A stretch of 32,201 bases of DNA, taken from positions 1 to 32,201 of the forward strand of contig MU057937.1 in assembly GCA_013265495.1 (NCBI GenBank). Direction: 5' to 3'. The notes under the pieces are model-generated. The model was not told where the DNA came from, ran no database searches, and worked only from the letters and a program-made list of their open reading frames with translations. This document shows, in pieces, positions 1 through 12,334 of this stretch. The DNA is from Vicugna vicugna. Taxonomy: Eukaryota. How positions within the stretch are numbered: position 1 is the first letter of the stretch; every line of letters begins with the position of its first letter. A program made the translations under genes and the position numbers.

Positions 1-84
1 TTCCAGTATTATTGTGTAGTTTTCTATATTTCTCTTCAAATTCAATTTGCTTTGCATATTGTTGCCTTACTGTGTTTCCTTTTT

Positions 85-632
85 AACTGCACTTCAAAAA
101 CAGATAACATAAACTTTACCATCCTAACTATTTTAAGTGTACACATTAATTATACTTAAATGTTAATTATAGTCATGTCATTGTGGAACAGATCTGTAGA
201 GATATTTCACCCTGCAAAACTGAAAGTCTATACCCACCAAGCACCCTCATTACCCTCTCACTCAGCCTTTGACAACAAAAAGTTTGTATGAGTTTGACTA
301 TCTTTTATATCCCATATAAGTGTAATAAAAAGGTATTGCTTTTTTTGTAACACGGTTATTTTATTTTAAATAGTATCTGCATGGTTAATCCATGTTGTAG
401 CATGTGACAAGATTTTTCTTTTTTAAGGCTAGTATTTCATTATATGCATATGCATTTTCTTTGTCTATCTGTTGGATTCTAATATAGCAGAATTTCTGGG
501 TTGTATGGTAAATTCTGTTTTAAATTTTTTGAAGACACAGTATACAATTATCCATAGTTGCTGCATAATTTTTCATTTCCACTCACATTTCACAAGGGTT
601 CCAGTTTTTCAATATGCTCACCAATATTTCCC

Positions 633-688
<56 letters not shown>

Positions 689-1341
689 TCGTGGTCATCC
701 TAATGGGTGTGAGGTGATATTTTGGAGTTTGGAGTTTGGATTTGCATTTCTCTAAGGATTAGTGATATTTAACATCTTTTCATATACTTGCTAGCCATTC
801 ATTTATCTTCTTTGGAGAAATGTATCTTCAACTCCTTCGACCATTAAAAAACTGGACATTTGTTTTTGTTGTTGTGAATTGTAGGAGTTCTTTATATATT
901 CTGAATACTTGTCCCCTACCAGATAGATGATTTTCAAATATTTTCTCCCATTCTGTAGGTTGCATTTTCACCCTGTTGATTGTTTCCTTTGATGAACAGA
1001 AGTTTTAATGTTTGATGCCGTACCATTTGCCTGTTTTCACGTTTGTTTCCTGTGCTTTTAATGTCATAGGCAATAAATCATAGTCAAATGCAATGTCATT
1101 AGGCTTTTCCTTATGTTATCTTCTAGGAGTTTTATAGTTTCAGATCTTATATTTAGATCTTAAATATATTGAGTTAATTTTTGTATGTTTTAAGGATTCA
1201 ACTTCACTCTTTTGTACATGGATATTCAGATTCTCCAACACCATTTTTCTTTACCCATTATGTGATCTTGATAAGCTTGTTGAAGATCATTTGATCATAT
1301 ATGTGAGAGTTTATTTCTGAATTGTGTATATGTCTGTCTTT
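85..1341 (-). mobile_element. Old, diverged LINE-1 (L1M-type) 3'UTR and ORF2 3' part; left half of the element interrupted by the full-length L1
   Basis: Diverged antisense L1 3'-end motifs (gtccatccatgttgtagcatg-like, tttgcatttctctaaggattagtgat, ttttctcccattctgtaggttg). The sequence resumes colinearly at 8886. Confidence 0.85.
635..690. repeat. (TTTC)14 microsatellite
   Basis: Perfect tetranucleotide run read directly; it causes the FFLS repeats in ORFs 472..717 and 558..755. Confidence 0.97.
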
Positions 1342-1562
1342 TTTAAAAAACATGTTTTATTGATTTACAATCACTTACACTGTTGTGTCAAATTCCAGTA
1401 TAGAGCACAAATTTTCAGTTATACATGAACATATATATATTCATTGTCACATTTTTTTCTGTGAGCTACCATAAGATCTTGTATATATATTTCCCTGTGC
1501 TATACAGTATAATGTTGTTTATCTATTCTACAATTTTGAAATCCCAGTCTATCTCTTCCCAC

Positions 1563-1590
1563 NNNNNNNNNNNNNNNNNNNNNNNNNNNN
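1563..1590. other. Assembly gap (28 N)
   Basis: Run of n inside the L1 3'UTR, where sister copies have a C-rich tract. Confidence 0.99.
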
Positions 1591-1651
1591 GTATTCTATG
1601 GAGTCTATTTCTGTTTTGTATTTATGCTTTGTTTGTTTGTTTGTTTGTTTT

Positions 1652-4600
1652 TTAGATTTCACATATGAGTGATCTTATATGGTATTTTTCTTTCTCTTTC
1701 TGGCTTACTTCACTTAGGATTCTCCAGGAGCATCCATGTTGCTGCACATGACGTTATGTTGTTGGTTTTTATGGCTGAGTAGTATTCCATTGTATAAATA
1801 TACCACTTCTTCTTTATTCTGTCATCTGTTGATGGACATTTAGGCTGTTTTCATGTCTTGGCTATTGTAAATAATGCTGCTATGAACACTGGGGTGCAGG
1901 TGTCATCCTGAAGTAGGGTTCCTTCTGGATATATGCCCAGGAGCAGGATTCCTGGGTCATACAGTAAGTTTATTCCTTGTCTTTTGAGGAATCTCCATAC
2001 TGATTTCCACAGTGGCTGCACCAAACTGCATTCCCACCAGCAGTGAAGGAGGGTTCCCCTTTCTCCACAGCCTGTCCAGCATTTGTCATTTGTCGATTTT
2101 TTGAATGATGGCCATTCTGACTCTTGTGAGGTGATACCTCATTGTAGTTTTGATTTGCATTTCTCCGATACTTAGTGATATAGAGCATTATTCCTTGTGC
2201 CTATTGATCATTTGTATGTCTTCCTTGGAGAATTGCTTGTTTAGGTGTTTTGCCCATTTTTGGATTGAGTTGTTTATTTGTTTCTTATTAAGTCATATGA
2301 GCTGCTTATATATTGTGTAGATGAAGCCTTTGTCAGCTTCATTTGCAAAAATTTTTTCCCATTTGGTTGGTTTTACTTATGGTTTCCTTTGCTGTGCAGA
2401 AGCTTGTAATTTTCATTAGATCCCATTTGTTTATTCTTGCTTTTATTTCTATTGCTTGTGTAGACTGTTCTAGGAGAACACTTTTGAGATGTATGTCAGA
2501 TAAAGTTTTGCCTATATTTTCCTCTAGGAGGTTTATTGTATCTTGTCTTATGTTTAAGTCTTTGATCCATTTTGAGTTGATTTTTGTGTATGGTATAAGG
2601 GAGTGTTCTAGCTTCATTGTTTTACATGCTGCTGTCCAGTTTTCCCAACACGATTTGCTGAAGAGACTGTCTTTATTCCATTGTATATTCTTGCCTCCTT
2701 TGTCGAAGATGAGTTGACCAAAAGTTTGTGGGTTCATTTCTGGGCTCTCTATTCTGTTCCATTGGTCTATATGTCTGTTTTGGTACCAATACCATGCTGT
2801 CTTGATGACTGTAGCTCTATAGTATTGTCTGAAGTCTGGGAGAGTTATTCCTCCAGCCTCTTTCTTTCTCTTCAGTAACGCTTTGGCAATTCTAGGTCTT
2901 TGATGGTTCCATATAAATTTTATTATGATTTGTTCTAGTTCTGTGAAATATGTCCTGGGTAATTGAATAGGGATTGCATTAAATCTGTAGATTGCCTTGG
3001 GCAGTGTGACCATTTTAACAATATTGATTCTTCCAATCCAGGAGCATGGAATATCTTTCCATTTTTTAAAGTCTTCTTTAATTTCCTTCATCAATGGTTT
3101 ATAGTTTTCTGTGTATAATTCTTTCACCTCCTTGGTTAGATTTATTCCCAGATATTTTATTACTTTGGGTGCTATTTTAAAGGGGATTGTTTCTTTACTT
3201 TCTCTTTCTGTTGATTCATCGTTAGTGTAAAGAAATGCAAAAAAAATGATTTTTGAACGTTAATCTTGTAACCTGCTTCCTTGCTAAATTCTTCCATCAG
3301 CTCAAGTAGTTTTTCTGTGGACCTTTTAGGGTTTTCTATATATAGTAACATGTCATCAGCATATAATGACACTTTTACCTCTTCTTTTCCAATTTGGATC
3401 CCTTTTATTTCTTTCTCTTGCCTGATTGCTGTGGCTAGGACTTCCAAGACTTTGTTGAATAGGAGTGGTGATAGTGGGCATCCTTGTCTTGTCCCAGATT
3501 TTAGTGGGAAGCTTTTGAGTTTTTCACTGTTGAGTACTATGCTGGCTGTAAGTTTGTCATATATAGCTTTTATGATGTTGAGATATGTTCCCTTTATACC
3601 CACTTTGGTGAGAGTTTTTATCTTAAATGGGTGTTGAATTTTATCAAATGCTTTTTCTGAATTTATTGAGATCATCATGTGGTTTTTGTCTTTTCTCTTG
3701 GTGATGTGATGTATTACATTGATTGATTTGCATGTGTTGAACCACCCTTGTGTCCCTGGGATGAACCTCACTGGACCATGATGTATAATCTTTTTTATGT
3801 GTTGTTGGATTCTATTTGCTAATATTTGGTGAGGAGTTTTAAATCTATGTTCATCAGTGATATTGGCCTATAATTCTCTTTTCTGGTAGTGTCTTTGCCT
3901 GGTTTTGGTATCAGGGTGATGGTGGCTTCATAGAATGAGTTTGGGAGTATTCCCTCCTTTTCAATCTTCTGAAAGAGTTCGAGAAGGAGTGGTATGAGTT
4001 CTTCTTTGTATGTTTGGTAGAATTCCCTAGTCAAGCTGTCTGGTCCCGGAATTTTATTTGTAGGGAGGTGTTTTATTGCTACTTCAATTTCATTTCTGGT
4101 GATCAGTTTGTTCAAGTGTTTAGTTTCTTCTTGATTCAGTCTTAGTGGACAGTTTGTTTCCAGAAACTTGTCCATCTCCTCTAGGTTATCCCGTTTGGTT
4201 CCATATAGATTTTCATAATATTCTCTTATGATATTCTGTATTTCTATTTTATTTATTTCTTTTCTTATTTTGCTAATTTGTGCTCTCTCTTTTTTCTTCT
4301 TTGTGAGTTTGGCCAGAGGTTTGTCAATTTTATTTACTTTTTCAAAAAACCAGCTTTTGGTTTGATTCATTTTTTTTTCTATGGTGTTTAAAATCTCAAT
4401 TTTACTTATTTCCTCCCTAATCTTTATAATTTCCTTCCTTCTGCTGCCTTTTGGGGTTTCTTATTCTTCTTTTTCTAGTTCTCTCAGCTGGTGGGTTAAA
4501 TTGTTCATTTGAGTTTGTTCTTCTTTTTTGAGGAAGGCCTGTATCACTATAAACTTCCCTCTTAGTACTGCCTTTGCTGTGTCCCATAAATTTTGTATGG

Positions 4601-5449
4601 TTGTGCTTTCATTTTCATTTGTCTCAAGGTATTTTTTAACTTCAGCTTTGATTTCCTCATTGACCTGTTGGTTGTTTTAATAGCATATTGTTTAATCTCC
4701 ATGCTTTCCTTTTGTTCTCCTTTGTTTCTCTGTTGTTGATTTCTAGTTTCATGGCATTGTGGTCAGTAAAGATGCTTGAGATAATTTCTATCTTCTTAAA
4801 ATTGTTGAGGTTTCTTTTGTGCCCAGGTACATGATCAATCCTGGAAAATGTTCAATGTGCACTGGAAAAGAATGTATATCCTATTTTTTTGGGGGGGGCA
4901 TGTTATGCTCTGAAAATATCCACTAAATCTATTTTTTCTATTGTATTATTTAAATTCCCTGTTGCCTTATTTATTTTCTTTGTGGAAGATCTGTGTAGTG
5001 ATGTTAATGTGGTGTTAAAATCTCCTGCTATGATTGTATTCCCATCAATATCCCACTTTATCTCTGTTAGTAATTGATTATGTACTTAAGTGCTCCCATA
5101 TTGAATGCATATATATTAACGAGTGTAATATCCTCATGTTGTATCACTCCTTTAATCATTATAAAATGTCCTTCTTTATCTTTCTTTATGGCCTTTGTTT
5201 TAAAGTCTATTTTATCTGAAATCAGTACTGCAACACCTGCTTGTTTGGATTTCCATTTGCATGGAATATCCTTTTCCATCCTTTCACTCTCGATCTATAT
5301 GTGTCCTTTTCCCTAAAGTGGGTCTCTTGTATGCAGCATATTGAAGGTTCTTGCTTTATTATCCAGTCTGCCACTCTATGTCTTTTGACTGGAGCAATTA
5401 GTCCATTAACAATTACAGTAATTAATGGTAGATGTGTGTTTATTGCCAC
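1652..5449 (-). pseudogene. L1 ORF2 (endonuclease/reverse transcriptase), disrupted
   Basis: Fragments in several frames: EN (NGL..PVKRHR, CCIQETH), Z region (PGPD..EFY), RT ([18 protein letters not shown]), C-terminal part. The start codon reads GTG (cac at 5447-5449), the stop is TAA at 1652-1654, and there are several frameshifts. Confidence 0.95.
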
Positions 5450-5851
5450 TTTGAGCTTATCTTTGCAGTTGATTTTGTATTTCTTCTTTGTTCCTTTGTT
5501 CTTCCTTTTGTGGCTTGGTAATTTTCCTTTGTATTATCATGGATTTTATTTAGTTTTTGTGACTCCCTTCTAAGTTTCTGGCTTGTGGTTACCCTTTTCT
5601 GTAAGTCTATTATCCCATTACTATAACTGTTTTATTAAACTGATAGTAACATGATCTCAAACCCATCCTACTGAGAGCAAAAAATTTAAAAAAGACAGAA
5701 AAAATATTATATTTTCCTGCCTCTCTCCCCCACTCTCAATGATTTGTATGCCTTATTTTACAATTTTTCGTTCATTTTATTTGTAATTCATGAGTTATCA
5801 CCTTTCCAGTTGTGAGTTTCTCATTTCTGTAGCATCCTGCTGTTTTTCTAT

Positions 5852-6754
5852 TCAGAATAGACCTTTCAATATTTCTTTTAACATGGGTTTAGTGTTGCTA
5901 AACTCTTGTAGCTTTTTCTTGTGTGTGAAATTCTTTATGTCTCCTTCTATCCTAAAGGGTAGCCTTGCTGGATAAAGTATCCTAGGCTGCACCTTTCTTT
6001 CATTCAGGACTTCGAATATATCTTGCCACTCCCTTCTGGCCTGTAGTGTTTGTGTAGAGAAATCAGCTGAGAGCCTTATGAGGGTTCCCTTGTAACCCAC
6101 TCTTTGCTTTTCTCTTGCTGCCTTTAGGATCATTTCTTTATCATTGACTCTGGCCATCTTGATTATGATATGTCTTGGTGTGGGTCTGTTTGGGTTCTTC
6201 CTGTTTGGGACTCTCTGAGCCTCCTGTAGTTGGATATCTGATTCCTTCTTTAGATTTGGGAAGTTTTCAGTCATGATTTCTTTAAAAACCTTTTCAATCC
6301 CCTTTGATCTTTCTTCCCCTTCTGGGACCCCTATTATGTGAAGATTGGCATGCTTTATATTATCCCATAGGTCCTTTATGCTATTTTCATTTGTTTTTAT
6401 TTGGTTATCTTGTAGCTGTTTTGATTGGGTGCTTTCTATTGTCCTGTCTTCTAGGTCGCTATTTCGTTCCTCTGGATTATCTTGTCTGCTTTGCACAGCC
6501 TTTTGTACATTCCTCATCTCAGCCAATGAGTTTACCAATTCTACTTGGCTCTTCTTTATAGCTTCCGTTTTATTTTTGACATATTTTATATCTCTAAACA
6601 CCATCTCTTTTAATTTCTTCAGTACTTTGATTACTCCTTTTTTGAAATCTTGATCTAGTAGGCTATCGATGTCTATTTCATTGATCATTCTTTCAGGGGA
6701 TTTCTCTTGTTCTTTTAATTGGGAATGGTTTCTCTGCTTCTTCATCTTGCTCAT
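5852..6754 (-). CDS. L1 ORF1p RNA-binding protein, 300 aa, open frame
   Basis: True ATG at 6754; coiled-coil N-terminus; motifs NLHIIGVPEGEE, ENFPNL, PRHIIIK, ILKAAREK, IRLSADFS, ARREW and YPARL typical of L1 ORF1p. Confidence 0.93.
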   Translation of the reverse strand: MSKMKKQRNHSQLKEQEKSPERMINEIDIDSLLDQDFKKGVIKVLKKLKEMVFRDIKYVKNKTEAIKKSQVELVNSLAEMRNVQKAVQSRQDNPEERNSDLEDRTIESTQSKQLQDNQIKTNENSIKDLWDNIKHANLHIIGVPEGEERSKGIEKVFKEIMTENFPNLKKESDIQLQEAQRVPNRKNPNRPTPRHIIIKMARVNDKEMILKAAREKQRVGYKGTLIRLSADFSTQTLQARREWQDIFEVLNERKVQPRILYPARLPFRIEGDIKNFTHKKKLQEFSNTKPMLKEILKGLF

Positions 6755-7123
6755 ACCTCTCTGGCTCTGTGGCTTATGGAGTATCAGTTATCTATTGTGG
6801 TCCTTAAGGATTTTATCTATCTAATGCCTATGTAGGAATAAAACTTAGAAAAATAAAGCGAGAGAAAGAATTTTAAAAGAAGGTAGGAAGGAAAGGTTTG
6901 AAAACAGTGTATAATGAATAATAGAAGAGCAAGTTGAAGCAGAATGGCAGTCGGGTTGAGACATCCTTTAAAAACCTTTAAAAAAGGAGAAAAGAGGAAA
7001 AGATGTATTTGTAACCTGTGTATAAACCAATAACAGGACCTCAAAACTAAGAGAAATAAAATTGAAATGATGTGGGTTTTTAAAAATAATAATAATAAAA
7101 ATATTTTTTAAAAATTCAATAGG

Positions 7124-7507
7124 TTCTAAGTGAAGTAAGCCAGAAAGAGAAAGAAAAATACCATATGAGATCGCTCATATGTGGAATCTAAAAAACAAAA
7201 ACAAACAAACAAAAACAAAGCATGAATACTGGACAGAAATAGAGTCATGGACAGAGAATACAGACTTGTGGTTACCAGGGGGGTAGAGGGTGGGAAGGGA
7301 TAGACTGGGTTTTCAAAATTGTAGAATAGATAAACAAGATTACACTGTATAGCACAGGGAAATATACACAAAATGTTATGATAAATCACAGAGAAAAAAA
7401 ATTGGACAATGAGTGTGTAAATGTCCATGAATGACTGAAAAATTGTGCTGAACACTGGAATTTGACACAACATTGTAAAATGATTGTAAGTCAATAAAAA
7501 ATGTTAA
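7124..7507 (+). mobile_element. 5'-truncated L1 3' end nested in the 5'UTR of the full-length L1, in opposite orientation
   Basis: ORF2 C-terminus (LSEVSQKEKEKYHMRSLICGI*) plus 3'UTR and AATAAA. 14-bp TSD AAAAATTCAATAGG at 7110-7123 and 7508-7521, preceded by a T run (TT/AAAA endonuclease site). Confidence 0.95.
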
Positions 7508-7629
7508 AAAAATTCAATAGGGATTCAAACTGGGGGTATATATAAATGTTTAAGAAGTAAAAATTAAAAGGGTAATAGAAAATAAAACACGTTAAAACAG
7601 ATTTAAAAAAAAAAGGAAAAAAAGGGGGT

Positions 7630-8885
7630 CTGTGTTCTCCTGGAGTCTGTGTGCTTTTAATGGGAAGTCTTTCTGTCTTCGTCCTGTTTTGGAAGCTCAG
7701 CTTGCTGTTTGCAGAGGCCCTCCATTGGCGCCCTCATCTGTTCTGCTTCCAGTGCCTCTTGGCAAGCAGATCGCGCCCCCTCCCAACACTGGGTCAGGTG
7801 CAGCTCTCCTTTGCTGTGGGCGGGTGGGTCACTGCCCCTCAGGCTGCTGCAGTCAGGATGTTGCAGACTGGACAGGTAGGAGGGCGGGCCGTGCCCCCTC
7901 GTAGCACCGCGGTCAGGGACTGCGTTTCTGCCCGAAAGGCGAGGGCCTCCCGCCCTGGTCACTCCGGGGCTCTGTGCCGCTGTGCTCTCTAACTCAGGTC
8001 TGCGCTCTGCGGGTGGGCTCAGGGAAGACCGCGGAACAGCCCTGTCCCTGCTCCGGGCCAGAGCCCAGCTCCTTGTTTGTCTTGGCAGAGCAAGTTCTCT
8101 GAGGGACCAGGATGGAAGGATCCTATCTGCCCCGGGCTGTTAGACAAGTCTCCCTCTGACCCTTGAGGCTGCTAAGTCCTTCCGTGCGGATGCAGGCTTA
8201 GCCCCCACCCCGCCTGGATGCTAAGCGCCGGAGGATAAGGCAGTGGCCCCTGAGCCCTGCCTCTCTTACCCCGAAAACTTTCTGCGGGTTTTCAGAGATG
8301 GGGGTGTGCACCCTTCCCGCCAGGGCACATCAGCCATGCAGTTTTATGGAGGGCCCAGGTTGTTCTGCCCTGTGCACCCATACCAATGGTACACAGCCCC
8401 CTGCAGTCCCCTGGGGCTGCCTCAGTGCAGCTGCCCCCATCCTCTGCCGGCTTGGGCAGCCTGGCCTAGTCCCCAGCTGCCAGCCAACGTCTGTGGCTGG
8501 GTGTCGTGGGGACCCTCTGTGCCCGTTTAACTTAGTTCTGTCAGTCAAGGGGTGCTCTGTACAGATCCGAGCCTCGGAGGCTGCCCCTCTGTCCTGCTGG
8601 CCTCTCTGTTGGAGACGGAAGGCCCAGCTAGCTAGTGCAAGTCCTCCTTTGCTGCTCCCTCCCTGTGGGAACAGCCCTGCTCTGTTTTGCCTTTTCTTCT
8701 TTCTTTTTTCCTTTTCTCCTACCAGATTTTTCGCGTCTCTGTCTTTTGAAGACGACAATGTTCTGTCGGAGTTCCGCAGGTGCTCTAGTTGGCTGAGTGG
8801 GTCTGTGGATGTGAGTCTTGGTGTATTTGTGGGAGAAGGTGAGCTATGACCGTCTCTCTACTCTGTCATCTTGGCCTCGTCACCC
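7630..8885 (-). promoter_or_regulatory. L1 5'UTR internal promoter, GC/CpG-rich, with a mutated YY1 motif
   Basis: The most CpG-dense part of the window. CAAGATGAC near the 5' end (plus strand gtcatctt 8865-8872) differs by one base from the canonical L1 YY1 site CAAGATGGC. Confidence 0.8.
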
Positions 8886-10330
8886 TATATGTCTGTATTT
8901 ATGTAAGTACCAGACTGTTTTGATTACTATAACTTTAGAACATGTTTTGAAATCATCAAGTATGAGTCTTCCAAATTGATTCTTTATCAAAATTTCCATG
9001 GCTATTCAGTATCCCTTGAGAGTCCATTTGAATTTTAGGATGGCTTTAATGTTTCTGTAAAAGACACCATTGGGCTTTTGATAGCAGTTGCATTGTATCT
9101 GTAGATCGTGTTGGGTAGTATAGACATTTTAGCAATATTAAGTCTTGTAATCGTGAACATGGAATGTCTTTCCATTTATTTGGGTCTTCTTTAAAAGTTT
9201 TTGGTGTATAAGTCTTTTGCCCTCTTGGCTTAATTTTATTAATTATTTTTATTTTTATATATTTATATATAATAATGTGTTATTTATTTTATTCTTTTTG
9301 ATGGTATTATAATGGGATTGTTTTCTTAATTTCTTTTTGAATTGATTATTTGTTAGTGTATAAAAATGTAATTGATTTTTGCAAAGTGATTTTGTACCCT
9401 ACAAACTTGCTGAATTCATTTATTACTTACAACAGGGTTTTTTCTTTTTCTGGGGGGGAGTTTTTTTTAATTAATTAACTTCATTTTATTTTATTATATT
9501 TTATTTTTGAAGAGGAGAGGTAATTAGCTTTATTTATTTATTTATTTTTTATAGAGGTACTGGGGATTGAATCCAGGACCTCGTGCATGTTAAGCATGCA
9601 CTCTACCACTGAGCTATTGCCTCTGCCCTTTGGTGAAGTCTTTACAGTTTTCTTCATATAAGACTACACCATTTGTAAACAAGAATAATTTTACTTATTC
9701 GTTTCTGAAATGTATGCCTTTCAGTTTTCTTCTTTAATTGGTTTAGCTGGGACTTGCAGTACTATGTTGAATAGAAGTGGCCAAGTGGTCATTGTTGCCT
9801 TATTCCTGATGTTTTACTGAAAGCTTTCTGTCTTTCACCTTTGAATGTGATGTTAGATATGGGTTTTACATATATAGATTTTGTTATGTGTAGTTTCCTG
9901 CTATTTCTATTTTATTGAATTATTTTTTATCATGAAAGGGTATTGAATTTAGTCCAATGCCTTTTCTGCCTCAGTTAAAACAAAAACAGTTTTTGCCCTT
10001 TATTCTGTTATATGGTATATCACATTGATTGATTTTCCTATACTGAACAATCCTTTAATTGCAGGTATAATTCACATATGGTCATAGTATATACTTCTTT
10101 TATATGCTACTGAATTTTGTCTCATAGTATTTTGTAGAGGATTTTTACTTCAACATTCACCAAGGATGCTGGTCTGTAATTTTCTTTCTTTCTTTTTTTT
10201 TTTTTGTAGCATTTTTGTCTGACTTTGGTATCAGGTAATGCTTGCCTCATAGAATGAATTTGGAAGTGATCCCTCCTCTTCAATTTTTTTGGAGGGTTTC
10301 AGGGAGATTGATGTTAATTATCCTTTATTT
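8886..10330 (-). mobile_element. Old L1 ORF2 region, continuation of the 85-1341 element
   Basis: Colinear with L1 ORF2 antisense (gtaccagactgttttgattactata, gtactatgttgaatagaagtgg, cttgcctcatagaatgaatttgg); interrupted by a SINE. Confidence 0.85.
9461..9628 (-). mobile_element. tRNA-derived SINE, camelid Vic-1 type
   Basis: Minus strand reads GGGCAGAGGCAATAGCTCAGTGGTAGAGTGCATGCTTAACATGCACGAGGTCCTGGATTCAATCCCCAGTACCTC (A box, B box) followed by (TAAA)n/A-rich tails. Family name is from memory. Confidence 0.88.
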
Positions 10331-10339
10331 CTTTATTTT

Positions 10340-11340
10340 CCCATCAACAGTGCATAAGTCTTCCCTTTTCTCTACATTATTTGCCAAAACTTATTATTTG
10401 TTGGCTTTTTGATATTAGCAGTTCTGACAGATGTGAGGTGATATTCTGGTTTTGATTTGCATTTCTCTGATGATCAGTGATGGTGAGCATCTCTTTATGT
10501 GTCTGTTGGACATCTGTGTGTTTTCTTTGGGAAAATGTCTATTCAAATCCTCATTTTTAATCAGGTTATTTGGTTTTTAGATGTTGAGTTCTATGAGTTC
10601 TTTCTATATTTTGGATATTAACCTCTTATCAGATATACCATTTGCAAAAATCTTCCATGAGGTAGGTGGCCTTTTGTTTTAAACCCCCAAATTTTTGTTT
10701 TGTGGATAGTCTTCATTCCTGTGCAGGAGCGTTTTAGTTTGATGTTATCCCATTTGTTTCCTTGTACTTTGTTTTCCTTATATATACATAAACATGACTG
10801 GTGTCAAAGATCTTACTACCTATATTTTCTTCAAGATGTACTATGGTTTCATGTTTATAATAAACCTTTAACCTGTTTTGAATTTCTTTTTGTGCATGGT
10901 GTGAGAGAGTAGTCCAATTTTATTATTTTGTATGTAGCTGTCCAGTTTTCCCAGCACCTTTTATTAAAGAGTCTGTCTCTTCCCTATTGCATTTTCTTGC
11001 CTCCTTTGTTGTAAATTAATTGCTCATATATGTATGGGTTTACTTCTGGGTCCTTTATTCTGTGCCATTGATCTGTGTCTGTTTTGGTGCCAGTACCATA
11101 CTGTTTCAATGACTATAGCTTTGCAGTATAGCTTGAAATCAGGGAGTGTGATATCTCCAGTTTGATCTTCTTTCTCAGGATTCTTTTTGCCTAATCACAG
11201 TCTTTTGTGTTTCCATACAAATTTAAAAATTATTAACTCTATTTCATTTATTTCTGCCCTGAACTTTATGGTTCCTTTTCTTCTACTAACTTTAGGTTTT
11301 GCTTCTCTTCTTCTGCTAGTTTCTTTAGGGGTAAGATTAC
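10340..11340 (-). mobile_element. Separate diverged L1 ORF2 3' fragment, followed by a short older L1 piece
   Basis: Restarts at the ORF2 3' region (ccatcaacagtgcataag, ttctgacagatgtgaggtgata, gctgtccagttttcccagcacc), out of register with the preceding L1. Boundaries approximate. Confidence 0.8.
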
Positions 11341-12334
11341 ATCATGGTTTGAGATTTTTACCCTGGGTACCACTATGCCCAGCAATATCCAATGTGTTTT
11401 TCATTTTAGGTTCTTTTTACAGTTATGTCACAGTAGCTATTCTCCCCTAGTATAGAATGTGCTGAGCCTATATGAATCTTATTCCACAAAAGTCTTTATT
11501 TCTTTATAGCCACATTATTATTAGCTGAAGAATCACACTGAACAAATTACTGAACTGAAACTGCTTCAAGAGTGTGATCCTTAAGAAGAGCTTGTCCCTC
11601 TGCAATTTCATGCTTCTAACCAAGCTTTGTACACAAGGATATTACAATGAGACTGTTTCTGTGTATTTCCTCTAGGCCCCAAGGCAAAGAACACTAGGTG
11701 ACAAATAGACATGCTTGATAGAAAAAGATGTGAGACAATCTTATCTGGAGTTAAATTATTGAACATAGACTCGTGTCAGTTAAAGCAAGCCTTGTTAACC
11801 TCCAGTCATTTAAGAAACCATTTTAACAATACCCCTTTACCACAGTTATACTCTTGTGTCAGTCTTTGTGGCTTAGATGGATAGGATATAATTTTAAAAC
11901 ATACTTCTTCTCATAGTAATAACAAATCATGGAAACTGGAAGAAATATTACACAGTCTTTTTCCTTCTTTTTCTGAATAATAATAAAAATCTTGCTTTGT
12001 CTTGTAGTATAGTTTGAAATCAGGGCGTGTGATACTTCACATTTCGTAGCATCATGAACAAAAATTTTAAAAAAGACACGGAAGCTTGTTGCTAAGCTTG
12101 CTGAGGAACTATTCTCTTTATTCAGACTTGTATCAAATGCCAAATTCTCCTCCAAAATTAATTTCTGTGTCTAAGAAATCCCAGGCCACTGTACTTAGCT
12201 GAATTGAGTTCAATGCTTGAAGCTGCCAAGTTTAATTTGGGGATTTAAAAATCATTCCCTGCTATTGTTATACATCTTTCAGGTCTAAATAGTGTATGAC
12301 TCTATCATACACATGAGCTCATGGAAAACCATCC

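Larger units (their letters stand above)
1342..8885 (-). mobile_element. Full-length LINE-1 (~7.5 kb including a nested insert), retrotransposition-defective
   Basis: Read on minus: CpG-rich 5'UTR starting GGGTGACGAGGCCAAGATG at 8885, ORF1 6754-5852, ~400-bp spacer, fragmented ORF2 5449-1652, 3'UTR with AATAAA near 1356-1361. TSD TATATGTCTGT(C/A)TTT at 1327-1341 and 8886-8900. Confidence 0.96.

Noticed and set aside
472..755. ORFs with FFLS repeats as membrane proteins
   Set aside because: Translation of the (TTTC)14 microsatellite inside an old L1, with non-ATG starts.
2343..6653. Hydrophobic plus-strand ORFs
   Set aside because: Antisense shadows of L1 ORF1/ORF2.
9553..9628. tRNA gene
   Set aside because: The tRNA-like head is joined to an AT-rich SINE tail and repeated at 32100-32201; it is a SINE.
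12003..12040. Short copy of 11120-11157
   Set aside because: A ~40-bp diverged L1 scrap, too short to interpret.
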